From sequence record PZ543597.1: a DNA stretch of 64,000 nucleotides, one strand, 5' to 3'. Under the pieces are notes generated by a model. It saw only the letters and a program-made list of their open reading frames with translations, was not told the DNA's origin and did not search any database. How positions within the stretch are numbered: position 1 is the first letter of the stretch; every line of letters starts with the position of its first letter. This document shows positions 40,221 through 49,233 of this stretch, piece after piece. A program made the position numbers and the translations under genes. The stretch is from a phage.

Positions 40221-41189
40221 ATGAAAACTGTAACTATCAATAAGGGTATCTACTTCGGTAAAGAAATCTCTGGAACTTTTGAGCTCTTAGGTGAATGGTT
40301 CCCAGATAATGCTCCGGTAGATGCACAAGGAGATGGTAAAGTTTTTGTTGAAATTGACGGTAAGCGTCGCGGTGTTTGGGTTTACAAATCAGACATTTCA
40401 TATGATGGTGTAAAAGTTGAAGAAGTTAAAGAATCATATGAAGATATGAAAACCCGCATTAATAAAAGATTTAATGTTATGGGAATGATGACGAATGGTA
40501 TTATTAATGGAAATATTCGTTCATTAATTATCTCTGGCGCAGCAGGTATTGGTAAAACGTATTCTTTAGATAAAGCTTTAAATAAAGCAAATGATATTGG
40601 ATACATTGAATATAAAAGCATTAATGGTAAAATCTCTGGTATTGGTCTTTATGAGCAGCTTTGGAATAATCGTGAAGAGAATTCTGTCCTTTTGATTGAT
40701 GATGTGGATGTTTTCTCTGATATGGACATTCTTAATCTTCTGAAAGCTGCTCTGGACACTGGAGAGACCCGTAAAGTCTGCTGGAGCACCGCATCTTCTT
40801 ACTTAGAAGAAAAAGGCATTGAGCGTGAGTTTGAATTTAAAGGAACGATTGTTTTTATCACAAACGTTGACATTGACCGCGAATTAGACCGTGGTACTAA
40901 ACTTGCTCCACATTTACAAGCATTAGTGTCCCGCTCGGTTTATTTGGATTTGGGTGTTCACACTAATGAAGAAATTATGGTCAGGGTTGAAGATGTTATT
41001 CTTTCAACTGACATGATGCAAAAGCGCGGTCTTTCTGATGAAGAAACTTATAAAGCATTATCATGGATGAAAGTTAATGTTAATCGTTTACGCAATGTTT
41101 CACTGCGTACTGCTCTTTATCTTGCTGACTTTATTATGACCGACAAAAACGGTTGGGAAGAAATTGCTGAGGTTACTCTTCTGAAATAA
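40221..41189 (+). CDS. AAA-type P-loop ATPase
   Basis: 322 aa from ATG 40221; Walker A GAAGIGKT and Walker B LLIDDVD. Confidence 0.6.
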   Translation: MKTVTINKGIYFGKEISGTFELLGEWFPDNAPVDAQGDGKVFVEIDGKRRGVWVYKSDISYDGVKVEEVKESYEDMKTRINKRFNVMGMMTNGIINGNIRSLIISGAAGIGKTYSLDKALNKANDIGYIEYKSINGKISGIGLYEQLWNNREENSVLLIDDVDVFSDMDILNLLKAALDTGETRKVCWSTASSYLEEKGIEREFEFKGTIVFITNVDIDRELDRGTKLAPHLQALVSRSVYLDLGVHTNEEIMVRVEDVILSTDMMQKRGLSDEETYKALSWMKVNVNRLRNVSLRTALYLADFIMTDKNGWEEIAEVTLLK

Positions 41190-41278
41190 TTCATAAGAGG
41201 ACTTCTATGACAAAAAGGCAGTTCAGAAATAGATTATATGGACTGCCATTAAAAAGATAACTAGAATTAAACTGGTGA

Positions 41279-41593
41279 ATGGAGGTAATGATGTTATACT
41301 CAAAGGCTCGTGAAATTTACGAAACTAAAATTAAAGAAGCAGTATTTAAGTTCGCAACGACAATGCGATGGACAAATGACTGGGAGTATTCAAAAAATCA
41401 TAAGAAGCCCATGGTGACAAGAAAGGCTCATATGTTAGTGTTAATAGACCGTGAGCAGATTAAAGCCCGAGAAGCCCTCCAGAATCACAAAAAGGCTGCC
41501 TTTGAATGGTTTATGGATAACACTGCTCCTGAGACCAAGAAAGCGGTAAGTGCATGGTTCAGTGGAAAAAATTGTGAAAGAAGTTTCTTTTAG
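41279..41593 (+). CDS. hypothetical protein
   Basis: 104-aa ORF; start ambiguous between ATG 41279 and ATGs 9-12 nt downstream. Confidence 0.45.
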   Translation: MEVMMLYSKAREIYETKIKEAVFKFATTMRWTNDWEYSKNHKKPMVTRKAHMLVLIDREQIKAREALQNHKKAAFEWFMDNTAPETKKAVSAWFSGKNCERSFF

Positions 41594-41596
41594 TGG

Positions 41597-41625
41597 TTTA
41601 CAAGACTGTTCCTCTGTGGTATTAT
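41597..41625 (+). promoter_or_regulatory. T4-type early promoter inside an RBS-sequestering stem-loop
   Basis: -35 TTTACA, 17-bp spacer, -10 TATTAT; 9-bp arms ctgttcctc (41606-41614) and gaggaacag (41642-41650), the latter being the RBS of the gene at 41654. Confidence 0.6.
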
Positions 41626-41653
41626 TACCCTATCAACTACGGAGGAACAGAAA

Positions 41654-42181
41654 ATGAACGCTAAAGATATTTTCAACTTAGTAAATTATAACGATGGTAA
41701 ATTTAAATCTGAAGCACAAAGCAAGTTCTTTAATGACATCTCAATCGGAGGTGAAATCACGGTTGATGGAGGACAAATTTACAAATCCCGTTGGAATTGG
41801 ATCGTTATTATCGATGAGATTGGTATTGTAGAAATTTACAAGAATACGAATAAAAATCGTACATTACACTGGTCTCGTGATACTAATGAACAGTACAAAA
41901 AGGATAAAGCATCTAAATTATCTCGTGTAACTCAAGAAGATATTGAGTTCATCAAGAAAGATATTTTGATGTATGATAACTTAATTGCTGAAGAGCAAGC
42001 TGTTATTGATAAATTTGATGAGATTAAAGCTTCTCGTGAAATTCCTGATTTTATGAAAGAATCAGTAAATGAACGATACACTCTCATTTCAGAGCGTATT
42101 GAAACTTACAAAAAGCAAAGAGCTGAACGCCAAAATACTCTTCGGAAGTTTGAAGAACGGTTAAAGACGGTACTCGCATAA
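41654..42181 (+). CDS. hypothetical protein
   Basis: 175-aa ORF with RBS ggaggaacag; C-terminal coiled-coil character. Confidence 0.55.
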   Translation: MNAKDIFNLVNYNDGKFKSEAQSKFFNDISIGGEITVDGGQIYKSRWNWIVIIDEIGIVEIYKNTNKNRTLHWSRDTNEQYKKDKASKLSRVTQEDIEFIKKDILMYDNLIAEEQAVIDKFDEIKASREIPDFMKESVNERYTLISERIETYKKQRAERQNTLRKFEERLKTVLA

Positions 42182-42236
42182 CCGCTTTATACCAAGGATG
42201 GTATAATGGTTCTAAGCCCTTTTAATTGAGATTATT

Positions 42237-42641
42237 ATGAAACAGTTGATAATTAAAAGATTGAATTTATTGATATGTTGTTTATGTATAATAATTGCAT
42301 ATGGTTATTATGCTATTAATGATTATATGCATTATAAAGATTATGATGTTACTGTAGTTAATACCTTTACAGGAACTCAAGGAAAGGGGTCTAGTTTATC
42401 GTTTATTGCTGTATATGAACTCAAAGACGGTTATAGATTTAGTGAATATATTTCCCCAGAGATGTATTCTTCAATAGAAAAAGGTGATAATATTACTGTA
42501 AGTTTACGTCCTTTCGACGTAAAACAGACATTGTTTGATAATATTGTTTGGTTCTTTGGAATGGTATTAGTTCAATCTGTGTGTGGTGCTTATATAGTCT
42601 GTTCCATCTTATTCTGTATATTTAGTAAAATTGAAAATTGA
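42237..42641 (+). CDS. membrane protein
   Basis: 134 aa with N- and C-terminal hydrophobic segments. Confidence 0.5.
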   Translation: MKQLIIKRLNLLICCLCIIIAYGYYAINDYMHYKDYDVTVVNTFTGTQGKGSSLSFIAVYELKDGYRFSEYISPEMYSSIEKGDNITVSLRPFDVKQTLFDNIVWFFGMVLVQSVCGAYIVCSILFCIFSKIEN

Positions 42642-42652
42642 GTGAGGAAAAT

Positions 42653-43540
42653 ATGTCAGTAGTAATTAATAATGTCAATGCAGTAATTAAATCTTTAGTT
42701 AATAAAAAATTAAATGAATGGACTGTACTTCGTCGTGGAGAGCCAGATAAATTTTTTCATAGATTTAACCCAACTTTGGATTTGAATGTTATTGACAGAG
42801 ATGTTCATGCTGAAATTTTAGATAAGTTTAAAGTTGATATTGGATTTGGATTAGAAAAACATTTACAGCGAACAAATGGATCTGGAATGAGTTTATCTAA
42901 TCGCATTATGAAAGCCCTTAATAAAATTGGAGCATTGTCTCGTATTAACGCGAGTGAAATCCTTCGTAATTATAATAAAGGATATGACCTTTATGGTCGA
43001 CTAATGCCGAAGTTATCATTTGACCAAATGATAGCAGATTTGTGGGAAAATCAACGACGATTATTAGCATTAGGCGCTCGATTAGCTAAAGGTCTAGATA
43101 AACAAATGATTTTTAAGACCAATAATACAGAAGACCTTAAATGCTTTAAATTTAGTACTCGTGGAGATGATTATTACATCAGAGCTCGCTCTACAGATTA
43201 TGTTAATATGGGGCATCATCTCTGTTTAGCTTTTGAAGTTTTAAAAGAAGCCGGAACATTAGAATATGTGTCTGGTGCTAAATGTCCGATTGGTTCAAAT
43301 TGCATTTTAATTTATCGCCCAGATGAATCCAGTTCAACTAAATTACCTACAAAACCTGTACCAGTTCGCAGTAATGAAAAACATTCTGAACAAATTGCTT
43401 ATTTTAATAAGCAGATTGAAGAGCTAAATATTTCTATTCAGCAATATGATGATGAAATTTTCAGACTATCTGGATTGAGTAGTAAAGCTAAATCTGAGCG
43501 TGAAAAATTAATTAAAATCGTTGATTTACTTAAATCTTAA
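42653..43540 (+). CDS. paralogue-array protein 1 (globular domain plus C-terminal coiled coil)
   Basis: 295 aa from ATG after gaggaaaat; shared motif GARLAKGLDKQMIFK; C-terminal heptad-repeat tail. Confidence 0.55.
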   Translation: MSVVINNVNAVIKSLVNKKLNEWTVLRRGEPDKFFHRFNPTLDLNVIDRDVHAEILDKFKVDIGFGLEKHLQRTNGSGMSLSNRIMKALNKIGALSRINASEILRNYNKGYDLYGRLMPKLSFDQMIADLWENQRRLLALGARLAKGLDKQMIFKTNNTEDLKCFKFSTRGDDYYIRARSTDYVNMGHHLCLAFEVLKEAGTLEYVSGAKCPIGSNCILIYRPDESSSTKLPTKPVPVRSNEKHSEQIAYFNKQIEELNISIQQYDDEIFRLSGLSSKAKSEREKLIKIVDLLKS

Positions 43541-43548
43541 GGAACACC

Positions 43549-44577
43549 ATGAAAACTCGTTCTCAAATTGAAGATATGGTTCGTAATGCCAGCTATACTC
43601 GTGATGTTATGACATTTTTGTGTGAAAATAATTTAGACCCTGATAAAGTTAATCGTGTTATTCATCACTTTAAGTATACGAATAGCAGTGAATGGGTGCG
43701 TAATTTTAGTAAAGCAGGGTATATTACACAAATGACTGCTCGTGAACAGCTCACCGATTTCTGTAAAACTATTGATTATAAAAATCCTTTGATTGTTCAA
43801 GGCGTTGGTCAAAGTAAGGTCGATTTATCATCTGGATTTTTCAATCCAAATCATTATCGTATTGAATGGAGATTTATTGCTCTATTCCGTAAACAATTAA
43901 AGCAAATTTTGTCTACTGCTAGTCGATTAAAAGGCTCTGATATTAACTTAAAGAACCTGAAATTTGATGGTTATACTCTTCAGATGGAAGTAAGACCGTT
44001 AAAAGAAAATAATAGAACTGCACGAATTAGCTTTAAGCCTAATACTAAAAATTCTCTTTCAATTTGTGAATGTCTTAAATCACAGCTGACAGAAGCATTT
44101 AAGTATATGGATGTTGTTGCTGCTGTTCAATCTAAGATTTTACCTCGTTTTGAGCGAAATTGGGAACATACAACAACATATGAACTTGATATGATCGTTT
44201 CATTTAAATATGAATTTTTGAGAAAGGATGAAATTGTTCAAGAGAAAAAGCAGGAAGTGCAAGATACCTTAAATTTAAATTTATCCAATTACTTATCAAA
44301 CGATCCTAAATGTTGGATGTACAGTTCAAGTAACATAGATGCATGTAAACTTAATAAAGTGAGTTTTCTTCCTACTGAAAATTCAAATTTTAAACCTGTA
44401 GAAAAATGGCACGCTGATGCGATTGAAAAGTCTCTTAAGGCAGTAGATGATGAACTCGTTAAAGCGACCAATGAAATGCTAGAAGCTGAAAAGGCGTTAG
44501 AACAAGCTCAGTCAAGGGTTCAAAATCTGACAAAGCAACGTTCTAAACTGAACAATGCACTAAATGCACTGAACTAG
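43549..44577 (+). CDS. paralogue-array protein 2
   Basis: 342 aa; motif ASRLKGSDINLKNLKF; C-terminal coiled coil ...AEKALEQAQSRVQNLTKQRSKLNNALNALN. Confidence 0.55.
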   Translation: MKTRSQIEDMVRNASYTRDVMTFLCENNLDPDKVNRVIHHFKYTNSSEWVRNFSKAGYITQMTAREQLTDFCKTIDYKNPLIVQGVGQSKVDLSSGFFNPNHYRIEWRFIALFRKQLKQILSTASRLKGSDINLKNLKFDGYTLQMEVRPLKENNRTARISFKPNTKNSLSICECLKSQLTEAFKYMDVVAAVQSKILPRFERNWEHTTTYELDMIVSFKYEFLRKDEIVQEKKQEVQDTLNLNLSNYLSNDPKCWMYSSSNIDACKLNKVSFLPTENSNFKPVEKWHADAIEKSLKAVDDELVKATNEMLEAEKALEQAQSRVQNLTKQRSKLNNALNALN

Positions 44578-44606
44578 TTTACTTTGCCACAAGGATGTGG
44601 TATAAT
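44578..44606 (+). promoter_or_regulatory. T4-type early promoter overlapping the 3' end of the upstream gene
   Basis: -35 TTTACT, 17-bp spacer, TG-extended -10 TATAAT. Confidence 0.6.
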
Positions 44607-44634
44607 GTTCTTACTTTCTACTGAGGAGATTATT

Positions 44635-45636
44635 ATGACTCGTAACGAATATATCAAATCATTCAATAGCGTTATTGATGATAAAGCTATACCGATGTTT
44701 GGCCAAAATAGCGTTCTTTCTATTATCAATCAATGGCTCAATAGTGTTGATGCAAGTATTGTTTCTTCTACTAAATTTATTCATGAAATTCGTAAAATTT
44801 CTAGCCGTGTAGATAAAGATGTTATCAAGAAAACCTTTAAAGAGTCTCGTCTTCTTTCATATTTGGTTAATCGGGATATTCTTGGTAATTTTGGGAAAGA
44901 AATTAAACGAACCAAAGATGTAGTAGGATATAATTGGTTCGGTGATGTTAATTCTTATCATCTTAATAATAAAGAAGACCCTGAGAATATTTTTACTCGT
45001 CGTTGGATTAGTAATTTCAGACTTTTCAAAGGACAGATTCTAAAATCAGCTTCTAAATTATGTTATGGCGATTATCGTCAAATTCATCCTTTGGCTTCTG
45101 ATATGATTATCATAAAAGAATATGAACTTGATAAAAATAAAGTATCTATTTTTGTGAATTATGGATTTTTTACACCAGAAACTAACCAAAAGAATATTAA
45201 TAAATTTTTCTCAATTGCTAGCACTATAACTCGTCAATTAGAGACCGCATTACTTTGTATGGAAACAGTAGAAAATATTCATACATATCCTTTTAAGAAT
45301 ATATGCGGTTGGGAAGGATATAAACTCGTAATTAGCCTTCGTGAAGTGAAATGTGCTTATTCACCTACTGATAAAGAAATTTACCAACAAAAATGTGATG
45401 AAATTGTGAATACTCCTAAAGAAGAAACTACCCTTGAGGAACTAATGGAATGTCTTGATGATTCACCTGAACCGATAGAAATTCGTCCAGAAGTTATTGC
45501 ACTAGAAAAAGCTTATAAAGAAGTTCTAGAAATTTCTAATAAAGCGCAGAAAGAATATGAGCAGGCTAAAAGGATTTGGGAAGAATCTGTTAATCGTCTT
45601 GATCGTCTGGAACAAGCTTTACAGTTAATTAAGTAA
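44635..45636 (+). CDS. paralogue-array protein 3
   Basis: 333 aa from ATG after gaggag; motifs SRLLSY and ASKLCYGDYRQ; C-terminal coiled coil. Confidence 0.55.
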   Translation: MTRNEYIKSFNSVIDDKAIPMFGQNSVLSIINQWLNSVDASIVSSTKFIHEIRKISSRVDKDVIKKTFKESRLLSYLVNRDILGNFGKEIKRTKDVVGYNWFGDVNSYHLNNKEDPENIFTRRWISNFRLFKGQILKSASKLCYGDYRQIHPLASDMIIIKEYELDKNKVSIFVNYGFFTPETNQKNINKFFSIASTITRQLETALLCMETVENIHTYPFKNICGWEGYKLVISLREVKCAYSPTDKEIYQQKCDEIVNTPKEETTLEELMECLDDSPEPIEIRPEVIALEKAYKEVLEISNKAQKEYEQAKRIWEESVNRLDRLEQALQLIK

Positions 45637-45688
45637 TTTAAAGCCAAGGATGGCTCGGAGTATAAATCATTAACCAAGTGAGAAGAAC

Positions 45689-46615
45689 ATGAAAACTCGT
45701 AAACATTATATTGATTATTTTGACAGTCTTATTACTAAACATCGTAATTATCAGATAGGACACAGAGCAGTAATCAATAATATTCTTCGTGATTTTTTAG
45801 ACTATATTGGATGGGAAAACCATATTTGTAAAGATACACAAAATGCGTATTCACATTCTCTTGGTTTTTTGCTCGAGTGGTTCAAACGTTCCCGATTACT
45901 ATCTTCTGTGATAGCTGTTAATAATGTTAAAAAATTTATGTATCCAAGCTACATTGAGACTAATGTATCAAATGCTAGTGTTGTTACATTTAATATTATT
46001 AACGACGTGAAAAGAACTTATTTAGAAGAATGGTTTTCTAAAGATAGTAAAGAAAAATTTGCTAGTGAATTTTCACACGAATTCAATAATAACGTGAATA
46101 TGCTTTTTAAGCATTCTCGTAGACTGTTTTGTCATGGTGATAACCGTACTATTAATGTGAATGTAAAAGACTGGGTTACGGCTAAATTCACTCCATCGTC
46201 CCAGAATGGGCAATTTGAATTGTCAATTATCATTTGTGCTCCGCACGAGATATATAAAAATCTTCCGTATATGAAACCACGCGAAGCTAATAAACACAAT
46301 GAAACTATTAGTTCTTTGGCTTATAATTTACGCGTGTTATTATCTGATATGGATGTAGTCAAATCCTTTGATGATAATACGAATTATGGTCTTTCGCTGT
46401 TTGAAACTAAATTTGTTATTAAATTAAAGGACCCTAGTGAATTTAAACCTACACCAAAATCCAATCATGGAAATGATACTATGAAAGAAGAACGCGAATA
46501 TCTCAGTGCCCGTTTGATTGAAGTTGAAAAACAGATTGAAGAGCATACTAAAGTTCTTAAGGCTTTAACCGCCAAAGCAAATGGTTTACGTAATGCTATT
46601 GAGGTATTGAAATGA
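45689..46615 (+). CDS. paralogue-array protein 4
   Basis: 308 aa; motifs SRLLSS and HSRRLFCHGDNRT; C-terminal coiled coil. Confidence 0.55.
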   Translation: MKTRKHYIDYFDSLITKHRNYQIGHRAVINNILRDFLDYIGWENHICKDTQNAYSHSLGFLLEWFKRSRLLSSVIAVNNVKKFMYPSYIETNVSNASVVTFNIINDVKRTYLEEWFSKDSKEKFASEFSHEFNNNVNMLFKHSRRLFCHGDNRTINVNVKDWVTAKFTPSSQNGQFELSIIICAPHEIYKNLPYMKPREANKHNETISSLAYNLRVLLSDMDVVKSFDDNTNYGLSLFETKFVIKLKDPSEFKPTPKSNHGNDTMKEEREYLSARLIEVEKQIEEHTKVLKALTAKANGLRNAIEVLK

Positions 46616-47001
46616 AAAAGCGTTTATTAGAAGACATTGCAGCTTCAAGTAATTCCAGTTTAATTAAAATTATTATGGCTGGTGAGGAAGATGATATGGA
46701 AATGCGTGGAAAGATTCACGGCTGCGACGATTTAGATTTTAAACCTCCAGCATGGGATGCTATTATGGCTATGGTTGAACGACGTGAAAGAGCTTCTAAA
46801 AACGTTCCTAATTGCCCTGAATGCGGTACTGAACAAGTTCAATTGATTAACTGGCGTAAACCAGAGCTTGAATATAAATGCCGTCAATGTAAACATAAAT
46901 TCAGTAAGCATGCTCCGGAAATGGTTAAATTGCCTGACTCTACTGAGTTCTTTAAAGAACTTGTGAGTGTTCAACCAATGCCTAATAATATTTTGGATTA
47001 A
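46612..47001 (+). CDS. zinc-ribbon protein
   Basis: 129 aa with CPECG...CRQCKH; ATGA-coupled upstream. Confidence 0.5.
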   Translation: MKKRLLEDIAASSNSSLIKIIMAGEEDDMEMRGKIHGCDDLDFKPPAWDAIMAMVERRERASKNVPNCPECGTEQVQLINWRKPELEYKCRQCKHKFSKHAPEMVKLPDSTEFFKELVSVQPMPNNILD

Positions 47002-47003
47002 AA

Positions 47004-47246
47004 ATGACCAAGCGTAAAGAATATATGGAGGCTGCTGAAAAGGCAGTCCGTGAATTAGCAATAGCTTATTATAATGAACATGGTAAATTTCCTGATAGAT
47101 ACAGCGTGCTTAAATCTGCTTTAACTCGTTCATATAAAAATATGCTATCAGAAGTAAGTGATATTATATACAAACATAAAGAACAAACGGGCCAAAGTCT
47201 TGATTACGACGAGACTTTTAAACAAGTACTAGGAATTAAGGAATAA
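47004..47246 (+). CDS. hypothetical small protein
   Basis: 80-aa ORF immediately upstream of nrdC. Confidence 0.5.
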   Translation: MTKRKEYMEAAEKAVRELAIAYYNEHGKFPDRYSVLKSALTRSYKNMLSEVSDIIYKHKEQTGQSLDYDETFKQVLGIKE

Positions 47247-47247
47247 T

Positions 47248-47511
47248 ATGTTTAAAGTATATGGTTATGATAGCAACATTCATAAATGTGTGTATTGCGA
47301 TAATGCAAAACGTCTTTTGACCGTGAAGAAACAGCCGTTTGAATTTATCAACATTATGCCGGAAAAAGGTGTTTTTGATGATGAGAAAATTGCTGAGCTT
47401 CTGACTAAACTAGGTCGTGATACTCAAATCGGCTTGACAATGCCCCAGGTATTTGCTCCTGATGGAAGTCATATTGGTGGATTTGACCAACTGCGAGAAT
47501 ATTTTAAATGA
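47248..47511 (+). CDS. nrdC: glutaredoxin (T4 thioredoxin)
   Basis: 87-aa ORF MFKVYGYDSNIHKCVYCDNAKRLL... with CVYC active site; matches T4 NrdC as recalled. Confidence 0.95.
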   Translation: MFKVYGYDSNIHKCVYCDNAKRLLTVKKQPFEFINIMPEKGVFDDEKIAELLTKLGRDTQIGLTMPQVFAPDGSHIGGFDQLREYFK

Positions 47512-47723
47512 TGCTCGAAGGAACTGACTATATTCATGATTACCGCGGAAGCGCGGTATATGTAGGTGATGAAGTTGCAGTTTATTATGGGTATGGAACT
47601 TTGATGACAGCCAAGGTTATTCAAATTAAAAATAATCGTGCTAAACTTGAAGTTTATTATTCTAATGGTGAAAAGTCTATTTCTAAGTGGAAATACGGCG
47701 ATTGTATGGTCAAACTGGGGTAA
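47508..47723 (+). CDS. hypothetical small protein
   Basis: 71 aa, ATGA-coupled to nrdC. Confidence 0.45.
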   Translation: MMLEGTDYIHDYRGSAVYVGDEVAVYYGYGTLMTAKVIQIKNNRAKLEVYYSNGEKSISKWKYGDCMVKLG

Positions 47724-47725
47724 AT

Positions 47726-47896
47726 ATGATTTACGATATTAATGTAGCAAGAACTCCATCAATGGTTACTATTCCAGCTGAAGAATTAGATCGTCTTCAT
47801 AAAATTGAAGAACTTCTTTGGGAAATTGAATCTGATTTGCCATCAGGACTAGAATCCTGGATTGATTATGAAGAACTTAATAAGCTTCGGGGTTAA
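47726..47896 (+). CDS. hypothetical small acidic protein
   Basis: 56 aa from ATG 47726. Confidence 0.4.
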   Translation: MIYDINVARTPSMVTIPAEELDRLHKIEELLWEIESDLPSGLESWIDYEELNKLRG

Positions 47897-48018
47897 ACCT
47901 TGGTGGGCGGTTAGATGGGAAACTGTAGAGCCAGAGCCGGAAGAACCGGTTTACACTGATGAAGAAACAGTATATAATGAACCTACAATAAATGACTTAA
48001 TTGATATGGAGATGGGAC

Positions 48019-48504
48019 ATGATTACAGTAGATAAGTGGTTTAGAATTAATCGTGTTGATACAGGGCTATGTAATTACTGGCCGGAACTTAGTGCAGGTA
48101 CTGTCTTTAAAGTTCGTGAACTTGCAAAAGAATGCGAAGATGATATAGAACCTGATACTGGAATTATTGAAATTGAACTTTCCGACGGAAAGATTATTAA
48201 CATCTATGATAAGCCAATTACATACTGGTGTTTGTGGAATACTGAATCCGTTGAAAATGGCGAAATTGAAGAAGTTGTAGAGAGAACTAGCCAAGATGTT
48301 CAGAAGCCTAAAGCCGCTTTTCAAGGTGAACGTATTTCATACGCATTAGCTAAATTAGCTGCGCAAGAAAATAACGATGGCTATGAAGGTAACCTGATGC
48401 AAGCTGCCGCAGAGTACATTGAATGGCTTGAAACTCAAATTTCTTTTTCTGACCAAAAGATTCGGCAATATAAGCGATTGCATCAAATGTTTTACAATAC
48501 TTGA
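48019..48504 (+). CDS. hypothetical protein at the T4 pin position (possible Lon-protease inhibitor homologue)
   Basis: 161 aa from ATG after ggagatggga; same length as T4 Pin and located between nrdC and gene 49; the assignment is by position and size only. Confidence 0.4.
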   Translation: MITVDKWFRINRVDTGLCNYWPELSAGTVFKVRELAKECEDDIEPDTGIIEIELSDGKIINIYDKPITYWCLWNTESVENGEIEEVVERTSQDVQKPKAAFQGERISYALAKLAAQENNDGYEGNLMQAAAEYIEWLETQISFSDQKIRQYKRLHQMFYNT

Positions 48505-48540
48505 AAAAACTCAAAATTCTTTTTCTGACAGGACATTTTA

Positions 48541-48717
48541 ATGAAAACCGAATTGGTTTATACTGAAAAGTTAAATGGCGGTAAGGTTTGGAAACTTTTT
48601 ATTAAAGGACATTCTACGGACCCTCATATGACCACTTGCGTAGGAACCTATTCTCGTCCTACTAAAAAGATGATTCGACAGTATAAACGATTGCATCGAA
48701 TGTTTTACAATACTTAA
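48541..48717 (+). CDS. small ORF sharing the 3' end of the upstream gene
   Basis: 58 aa; last 15 residues (MIRQYKRLHRMFYNT) nearly identical to the C-terminus of the upstream gene through a 45-bp direct repeat. Confidence 0.4.
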   Translation: MKTELVYTEKLNGGKVWKLFIKGHSTDPHMTTCVGTYSRPTKKMIRQYKRLHRMFYNT

Positions 48718-48759
48718 AAATAATAAATACCCTTATCTATTTAAGGTAAGGGTTTTATT

Positions 48760-49233
48760 ATGTTATTGACTGGCAAATTATATAAAGAAGAAAAACAGAA
48801 ATTTTATGATGCGCAAAACGGTAAATGCTTAATTTGCCAACGAGAACTAAATCCTGATGTTCAAGCTAATCATCTTGATCATGACCATGAATTAAATGGA
48901 CCAAAAGCAGGAAAGGTACGTGGATTGCTTTGTAATCTATGCAATGCCGCAGAAGGTCAAATGAAGCATAAATTTAATCGTTCTGGCTTAAAGGGACAAG
49001 GTGTTGATTATCTTGAATGGTTAGAAAATTTACTTACTTATTTAAAATCCGATTACACCCAAAATAATATTCACCCTAACTTTGTTGGAGATAAATCAAA
49101 GGAATTTTCTCGTTTAGGAAAAGAGGAAATGATGGCCGAGATGCTTCAAAGAGGATTTGAATATAATGAATCTGACACTAAAACACAATTAATAGCTTCA
49201 TTTAAGAAGCAGCTTAGAAAGAGTTTAAAATGA
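48760..49233 (+). CDS. 49: endonuclease VII (Holliday-junction resolvase)
   Basis: 157-aa ORF MLLTGKLYKEEKQKFYDAQNGKCLICQREL...; matches T4 gp49 as recalled. Confidence 0.95.
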   Translation: MLLTGKLYKEEKQKFYDAQNGKCLICQRELNPDVQANHLDHDHELNGPKAGKVRGLLCNLCNAAEGQMKHKFNRSGLKGQGVDYLEWLENLLTYLKSDYTQNNIHPNFVGDKSKEFSRLGKEEMMAEMLQRGFEYNESDTKTQLIASFKKQLRKSLK

